NCBI GenBank assembly: GCA_964016885.1
Contig: OZ024747.1
Coordinates: 67,270,001-67,334,000 of the forward strand
Reading direction: 5' to 3'
From: Eledone cirrhosa
Taxonomy: Eukaryota
Length of the DNA stretch: 64,000 nt
The notes below the pieces were generated by a model that was not told where the DNA came from, did no database searches, and was given only the letters and a program-made list of their open reading frames with translations. The position numbers and the translations under genes are program-made. This document shows positions 56,096 through 64,000 of this stretch, in pieces (positions within the stretch are counted from its first letter, which is position 1; the number at the start of each line of letters is the position of its first letter).

Positions 56096-57673
56096 CAAAG
56101 CAACGTTCACCAGAGGAAAGCTGCTGAAGAGTTCAGACATTAATCTTGATCGGGGGAACGTGATAAGAGAACTTGATCAAGAAAAAACTTACAAATATCT
56201 AGGTGTTTGTGAAGGAGACGGAATCAAGCACTCGACAATGAGGGAAAGGATAAGGAAGGAATGTTACCGCAGAGTAAGAGCAATCTTAAGAACGGAATTG
56301 AATGCAAGGAATAGGATCGATGCCATAAACACGCTTGCCATACCAGTAGTAACCTACAGTTACAATGTCATCAACTGGTCAAGCACAGAGATCCGTAGGC
56401 TCGATACAAAAATTCGAAAATTCTTAACCATGCACAGAATGCATCACCCTAAGGCAGATATAGATAGAATATATCTCCCTAGGAAAGAAGGAGGACGTGG
56501 GTTAATCCAGTTAGACATTGCGTTGAAAACTGCAACAATTGGATTATCTACATATCTAAGGGAATCACATGATTGGATGATCAAACTCGTTTTGAAACAC
56601 GAAAGCATCAAAAGATCATATTCCATTACAAAAGATGCACAAAGATACAGTAATGGACTACAAATTTCAGAAGTCCCATTTACTGCTGAAATGGAAAACA
56701 CAGAAAAAGCAAAGCAGGTAAAAGTAACTGCAAAGAAAGAACTGCTACAGAAACTGGCTAAGAAATGGCAAGAAAAGCCTCTGTATGGAAAATACCCAGA
56801 GCGAGCTAACAATCCTGATGTTGACAAAACTTTAACCCATCAGTGGTTGGCATCCTCTGGACTGAAATCGGAGACTGAAGGACTGATTATATCGGCACAA
56901 GATCAGTGTCTGCCAACAAAAAATTACCAAGCCAACATAATAAAAAATGGGTGCAGCCCATTATGCCGTGTATGCAAAAAACAACCAGAGACCATTGACC
57001 ATATAATTTCAATGTGCAGTCCTATAGCTCCAACCGAATACCTAAACAGGCATGACAGAGCTGCACAATACATACATTGGATAATGTGTAAGCATTTTGA
57101 CCTGCCCCATCAAAAGAATTGGTGGGAGCATCAACCACCTCCCATACTTGAAAAAGATCACATCTCAATCTTGTGGAACTTTAGCATCCAAACAGACCGA
57201 AAAATAGATGCAAACAGACCTGATATAATATTGAAAGACTTTCAAAAGAGAGTATGCCTGCTAATTGATATGTCTGTTCCAATAGACAAGAATGTATCTA
57301 TAAAAACATTTGAAAAATTGAGCAAGTATAAGGACCTGGAGATAGAAATTGGAAAAATGTGGAAATTGAGAACTAAAACAATACCAGTGGTTGTAGGCGC
57401 TCTGGGAATGATACCTAAGGGGTCTAATAATTACATATCGCAAATCCCAGGAAACCCGCGTATAGGAGAAATACAAAAGATAGTATTAATGGGAACTGCC
57501 CATATACTAAGGAAGATTCTGTCAATATAAGTACATCACAAGTCTAAACACTAAAGATGCATGTGTGAATATGTATGTTCTTTCTTGAACATGGCGGACC
57601 TTGTTGTCTCTTGAGGTCACTGGTTGTGACTTGGTGATAACTCGTATGAACATAAAGCAAGATAAATGCAACT

Positions 57674-57708
<35 letters not shown>
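56050..57708 (+). mobile_element. Dong-like element inserted in (TAA)n
   Basis: (TAA)n at 56050-56095 and 57675-57708 bracket the ORF and 3' UTR. Confidence 0.9.
56096..57530 (+). CDS. 5'-truncated R4/Dong-clade ORF (end of RT, CCHC, RLE endonuclease), uninterrupted
   Basis: YKYLG, AINTLAIPVVTYS, RIYLPRKEGGRGL, SETEGLIISAQDQ, CRVC..ETIDHIISMC, RHD, ANRPDII, IDMSVP, KLSKYKDL, PVVVGALG. Confidence 0.92.
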
Positions 57709-58020
57709 TGTTTCTACTTTAGGCACAAGGCCAGCAACTACCCAGTGCCTCACTGGTACTTTATTTTATCGACCCCGTAAGGATGAAAGGCAAAGTCAAC
57801 CTCGGCTAATAATAATGGTTTCTTATATGAGCACAAGGCCAGCAATTTGGGGGGAGGGGAAAGTCGATTAAATCGATCCCAGTACGTTACTGGTGCTTTA
57901 TTTTATCAACCCCCGTAAGAATGAAAGACAAAGTTAACCTCGGCGGATTTGAACTCAGAACTTAAATGGCCATAACTCTATGCTGCAAAGCTGACGCTCT
58001 ACCGATACTGCCAAACCACT
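57708..58020 (-). mobile_element. Two adjacent Meta-type SINE copies
   Basis: Reverse complements match 51516-51710. Confidence 0.75.
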
Positions 58021-58801
58021 AATACTGCTGCTAATGCTACTACTACTACTACTACTACTGCTACTACTACTACTACTACTACGACTACTACTACCACTAT
58101 CCAAGACCTTAATTGTTGTCTTACTGACACTACTCATCAACATCATCAACATCATCCTAAATTTCACCCCCACCATCATCATCATCAACCATCCATCATT
58201 GTTCAAAGCCACAACCATCACCATCACTATAACAATGGTTAGCAAGAATGGGAGTAGTAGTAGCAGTAGCACCAGAAGTAGTAGTGGCAGTAGCACAATG
58301 TGACCACTATATGACAGTGATGCAACAGCAGTACCATCACCAGTAGCAGCAGTAACAGAATCGCCACCTCCAACACTCCTCTGTGAGAGTGTGCGCAGCA
58401 ACAGCAGCAATAGCACTAACAGCAGCACCTCTACAGTATGTGCAACAGAATTTGGTGCCAATATTACCTGTTGCAACTGTTACTATAGCAACAACAGCAA
58501 CAACAACAACAACAACAGCATCATTATCATCACCATCAACACCACCACCATCACCATTATTAAGATCATCATCATCATCACCATGATGATCATCATCATC
58601 ATCATCGTCGTCGTCGTTGTCGTCGTCGTCGTTGTCGTCTTCGTCATCATCGTTATCATCATCATCATCCTCATCGTCGTTGTCATCATCAACAGCATCT
58701 TCGACATCTACTCAATGAGACGCATCCTTCCGTAGTGTTTCACTTGTTTAGAAGGTGATCATCACAAGAACCCCTTCATAGGTTTTATAAATATTTATAT
58801 G

Positions 58802-58840
<39 letters not shown>

Positions 58841-58876
58841 GCGCGCACGCACACGCGCACACACACACAGACACAG

Positions 58877-58952
<76 letters not shown>

Positions 58953-58957
58953 GCGCG

Positions 58958-59038
<81 letters not shown>

Positions 59039-59228
59039 CAAAGGAATTGTGGTAAGGAACCAGATGGACCATAACGCACCAGAGTACTCAATACTTAGGG
59101 TAGTAGAGTGGGAAATAGGAAAAAGCATGACCCCGACGGCAGAGCTCAAACCGTTTCGACGGCTATTTCTGTCCAGAAATAGCCGTCGAAACGGCTTGAA
59201 CTCTGCCGTCGGGGTCATACTTTTTCCT
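59039..59228 (-). repeat. Family 'X' copy with a long terminal hairpin
   Basis: atgaccccgacggcagag...tttcgacggctatttctg / cagaaatagccgtcgaaa...ctctgccgtcggggtcat; (AT)n flanks. Confidence 0.8.
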
Positions 59229-59379
59229 ATATATATATATATATATAAACCAATATATATATGTAAACCAATATATATATATATATATATATATAGGTTT
59301 ACAAAGGCGTCTGTCTGATCCAGGGGAGGTTACTCAGTGTTGATTAGAATGATGAAGTAATCTCCCTATGCGAAAGCTG

Positions 59380-59715
59380 ATTGAAAGCTGTATCATGTTC
59401 GTTTTCTCTCTCTATCTGTCTTGGGTCACGAATGACTATGGGTTTTGCACATAAAAAGTTCCCCTCTAAGGCACAAGACCAGTCAAGGGGTTTTTGTGCA
59501 AAGCAAGCAGTTACCAATGCGTACCAACCTCCCCTCTCCACGCCACCGATGTTATCCAAAGAAAAGACAGATACCTATACAGCTTGACGCCAGTGACGTC
59601 GCATCTATTTTCTGCAGCTGAGTGAACTACAGGAACATGAAATATAGTGCCATGCTCAAAGACACCATCGCCCGGTCTTGGGATTGAGCTCGCAACCTGA
59701 AAAGTGTGAATCTAG
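59380..59715 (-). mobile_element. Diverged CORE-type SINE
   Basis: Reverse complement has gagctcaatcccaagaccgggcgatggtgtctttgagcatggcactatatttcatg. Confidence 0.5.
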
Positions 59716-60099
59716 CAGATGTGGTTGTAAATATTTAGACAACAACTCGAGTGAAGAAACGGGGAAGTGAACGTTCTGCCTTAAACGCGAGCCTGTCGGG
59801 GGCACAGAAAGGCCCTGTCCGACATTCTCTGAAGTTTCCTTCGGAACCGCCTGACAATTGATGGTAGATAGGGACAAATAAAAATTTACAAGGTATCATT
59901 AGCTCTGGGTTTGTTTGTTTTTTTGTTTGTTTTTTTCTTTTCTTTTCCTCTTCTGCACTCAACCTCGCCCCCTCTCTCCGTTTCTTCATCCGAGTTCATT
60001 GCCTGAATATTTACAAACGCACCTGCATTGTAGCAGCTTCCTCAAGAAAATACATCTGTATATACGAGACTGCATAAATGTATATGTAAATTTAAATGT

Positions 60100-60470
60100 A
60101 AAAATCATTCCAAATATTTGGCATGCCTGCAGACAATGAGTGAAACTAGTTGACGCGACATGCTGTGACATTTTCTCCGCCTCTAATTTAGTCGTTTTGG
60201 CCACAAGCCCCGGTACCGTGACTCGCAAAGGACAGAAAGACAAACAAATACCGGGGCTTATCCGGCCTCTTAATCTTTGCACCAGTCGCCGTCGAGACCT
60301 CAGGCGTCCTCGGACTCCGTTCACCTGACCTCCTCCATAAAATCTGAACGATAGCAGCCTGTCTGAAGAAGGAGTTTCGCTCGGTGAGGTGGCTGTTGCA
60401 GCGGATGTCGGTGGCTATTGTCCGTGGAAATGCCTTTGCCATTTTGTCCACCGGACACAGCCGAAACTCC
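60100..60470 (+). mobile_element. CRE-clade non-LTR retrotransposon C-terminal (RLE) remnant, frameshifted
   Basis: VDATCCDIFSASNL, YRGL..FAPVAVETSGVLG, WLLQRMSVAIVRGNAFAILST. Confidence 0.75.
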
Positions 60471-60850
60471 GCTCTGACCTAGAGTATGTCGTCCTCTCCC
60501 CTTCATCTCTTCTTTCTTCCGTTGCTTGATAGTCCTTGCTCTTTCCCTTATTTTCCGCTCATTTATGGCATTTATAGTACTTTCCAATACTGTTTTCTTT
60601 TTCTGTATATTTGACCAAATATTAAATTCTTTATTGTTTTTGTATAATTTTATCCTAGGAATATATTAGAGTATTTTGAAAAGTCTTCATATAAAAATTA
60701 AGAAATAGAGAGGGGGAAGCAGATGCTTGTAATGAGGGAGTGGGAGGAGTAGACAAAAGAGGAGTACCAATGTGAGGAGCGTAGTTAAAAATGGTGAGAA
60801 AGAGAAGGTATGTAAGGTCGAGTAACAGAGAGAGAGAGTGAGAGCAAGAG

Positions 60851-60873
60851 GACGATATAGGTGAGGCTAAGTC

Positions 60874-60909
<36 letters not shown>

Positions 60910-61133
60910 GATATAGGTGAGGCTGAGTCGGGAGAGATAGAGAGAGAGAGAGAGAGAGGAAGATATAGGTGAGGCTAAGTCGGGAGAGAGAGAGAGAGAG
61001 AGAGAGGAAGATATAGGTGAGGCTGAGTCGGGAGAGATAGAGAGAGAGAGAGAGGGGAAGATATAGGTGAGGCTGAGTCGGGAGAGATAGAGAGAGAGAG
61101 AGAGAGAGAGGAAGATATAGGTGAGGCTGAGTC

Positions 61134-61170
<37 letters not shown>

Positions 61171-61189
61171 ATATAGGTGAGGCTAAGTC

Positions 61190-61237
<48 letters not shown>

Positions 61238-61312
61238 GATATAGGTGAGGCTGAGTCGGGAGAGAGAGAGAGAGAGAGAGAGAGAGGAAGATATAGGTGA
61301 GGCTGAGTCGGG

Positions 61313-61343
<31 letters not shown>

Positions 61344-61386
61344 GAGAGAGAGAGAGAGGAAGATATAGGTGAGGCTGAGTCGGGAG

Positions 61387-61425
<39 letters not shown>

Positions 61426-61491
61426 AAGATATAGGTGAGGCTGAGTCGGGAGAGAGAGAGAGAGAGGGGAAGATATAGGTGAGGCTGAGTC

Positions 61492-61525
<34 letters not shown>

Positions 61526-61599
61526 AAGATATAGGTGAGGCTGAGTCGGGAGAGAGAGAGAGAGAGAGAGGGGGGAAGATATAGGTGAGGCTGAGTCGG

Positions 61600-61649
<50 letters not shown>

Positions 61650-61671
61650 GATATAGGTGAGGCTGAGTCGG

Positions 61672-61715
<44 letters not shown>

Positions 61716-61740
61716 ATAGGTGAGGCTAAGTCGGGAGAGA
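60851..61740. repeat. Tandem array of ~16 units: core gaagatataggtgaggctgagtcgg plus variable-length (GA)n
   Basis: Counted by eye. Confidence 0.95.
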
Positions 61741-62141
61741 GAGAAGCAGTAAGAAAGAGACAGTGGGTGGGAAATATGAAAGAGAGGAGAGAAAGAGAGA
61801 GGGAGAGAGAGCGCGATATGACGATGTCGTTGCCATGACAATTCTAAGATGCGACCAATAGTCACATGATTGTCAATTTGGGAGATAAGCATACAGGCAC
61901 ACCACCATCACCCAGTTCTCTCCCTTTCTCACTTCCTCACTTCTCCCCCATCTCCATCTCTTTCTCTCTTACTATCATATATATATATATGCACACACAC
62001 ATACACACACATACACACACATACACACACACATATATCTGTGTATGTATGTATGAGTGTGTCTGCATATATGTATGTGTATATGTGTATATGTGTTTGT
62101 CGATAAATACAAACATATACACACACACATTTATATATTTC

Positions 62142-62366
62142 AGACCGGGTGATGTGTTGTTTCCTTGAGCAAGACACTTTATTTCACATTGCTCCAGTTT
62201 ACTCAGCTGCAAAGTGGTCGTGGAGGTACCACGGCAAAAAAGCACCCAGCACTCACTGTAAATGAGGTTGGTGTTAGGAAGGGCATCCAGCTGTAGAAAT
62301 CAAGCCAGAATCAGTTCCTGTCCCACCCTTGCAAGCAGGGAAAAGCGGACGTAAAATGATGATGAT
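62142..62366 (+). mobile_element. CORE-type SINE with an RTE-like 3' tail ending in (ATG)n
   Basis: ccttgagcaagacactttatttcacattgctccag; ggaagggcatccagctgtagaaa...ggacgtaaaatgatgatgat. Confidence 0.6.
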
Positions 62367-62636
62367 AAATATAAATTAGCGAGAATCGTATTTCGGCTAT
62401 TGGAAATTAGTGAAAAACAACTTCCGAGATGTGTGGCAAGCGCTCCATAGAAGCTAGTGAACTAGAGCAACAACATAAGTTAAAAGGCCAAACACCGAGA
62501 CGATGGTTAAACCATTATCCGCACAACCATAGAAACGACCAAGTAATTCGGGTCAAACAAATAAAATATGATTGAAAATTATACCCGGACCCCTGGAAGG
62601 AGAGAGAGGAGGGAAGAGAGAGGGGGGGGGGGAGAA

Positions 62637-62707
<71 letters not shown>

Positions 62708-62729
62708 AAATTATATTTGTATATATACA

Positions 62730-63450
62730 GTGTGGACCTGGAAAAGTCATACGACAACGTTCCATGGGACTTGATGAGGAAGGTTCTGCCATAATGTGGG
62801 ATCAACGGACAGTTTCATGTTGCGTTGAACTCCCTATACGAATGCCATAGTATTTGTATTCGGATAAATGGTTCTAAGTCGAAACCATTCATTGTGGGTG
62901 TCCGACTCCGCCAAGAGCTCTTACAGTCACCACTCCTGTTCATAATCTTGATGAACATGATTGACATAATCAGCCGGCTTGGAAGTGGTATCAAAGCCAG
63001 CAGGTAGAGGATCAGACGGCTGAAATTTGCAGACGATATGGTACTACTTAACTCATTGGAACGTGATCTTTGACATGCACTGCCGAATGCTGCACGACAG
63101 GAAAGAAGACCAGTGCTGCAAAGACTGAAACACTCGTCCTTGAAAAGAAACCTACACAGTGCATTCTACATATGAATGGAGTTCCACTGAAGCAAATGGA
63201 GAAGTTCAAGTATCACTATGCTGTTTTCGCGAATGATGGAAAAGCTGAGGTTAAATGAAATGCAAGAATTGCTGGAACTTGCGCAGTAATGCACCAGATT
63301 CAACATTCGCTCACTAGATGAAGGGACGTAGGTGTAAAAGCCAAATTCGCTTTCTGAAAATCAGTGTTCGTGCCTTGCTTTACCTATGCTCGTGAATCTT
63401 GTGTAATAACCGAAAGACTACGATTGTGAATACAAACGGTCGAAATGGGT
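62730..63450 (+). pseudogene. Degraded RTE-clade reverse transcriptase
   Basis: VDLEKSYDNVP, IRINGSKSKPF.VGVRLRQ..LQSPLLFII, LKFADDMVL, KTETLV, MEKFKY; multiple stops and frameshifts. Confidence 0.8.
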
Positions 63451-63697
63451 AGGGCTGCTACTTCACCGAATCGAGAGATCACAGCTCTGATACTATGGAT
63501 ATGTGCTTAGAATGTCTTCGGAAATAATCAAAGTAAAGCATTCCGGGTTACCCACCCATGAACGAGTTAGTACCTGATAGTTAAGTCGAGTCAGAGCACC
63601 CCACGTTTCTGCATGCCACAAACTTTCAGAGAATCAACGAAATTTCCTGTAATCGTTTCTTCAGGGATATCAGCAATAAAATCACCCACATTATTTA

Positions 63698-63801
63698 ATA
63701 ACTGTTTCTACTTTCGGCACAAGGCCAGCAATTACCCAGTGCGTTACATGGTACTTTATTTTATCGACCCCGTAAGGATGAAAGGAAAAGTCAACCTCGG
63801 T
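63698..63801 (-). mobile_element. Meta-type SINE 3' part
   Basis: Matches 57708-57806. Confidence 0.75.
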
Positions 63802-64000
63802 TATTTAATAACGCTTCTTTGCAGATCGACAAGGGTTAGCACGCAAAATATATATGTAATATGTAGATAATGCATATTAAATACACATGACATCATATTT
63901 TGATGTGCGTATAAGCAACTGTATATGTATATATATATAGTGTAGGTAGTACGTTTTATTTTATCATATATATATATTGGGTCATCAAGTATGAAATTTG

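Noticed and set aside
60851-61740. CRISPR array, or the 305-aa ORF as a gene
   Set aside because: Spacers are pure (GA)n and the ORF is a translation of the repeat.

Overview
Eukaryotic (animal), AT-rich, microsatellite-saturated non-genic or intronic DNA. The SINE types and simple-repeat density suggest a mollusc such as Octopus (inference). No host protein-coding gene can be supported. Nearly all long ORFs in the track are microsatellite or minisatellite artefacts or retrotransposon remnants. Recognisable content: a Tx1/L1-clade LINE (two copies), several R4/Dong-like restriction-endonuclease LINE families, RTE LINEs plus a non-autonomous bipartite RTE derivative with a candidate HDV-like ribozyme, CRE-like remnants, a Penelope-like element (RT + GIY-YIG), and more than a dozen Penelope-type hammerhead ribozyme motifs, many in inverted pairs or perfect palindromes. 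There are also tRNA-derived Meta- and CORE-type SINEs, mariner and Chapaev3-like DNA transposon remnants, and large tandem arrays, two of which have a constant core with variable-length GA spacers. The most striking pattern is that each retroelement class sits in its own microsatellite type: TAA, TACA/TATG, AT or TTC/TCTA.
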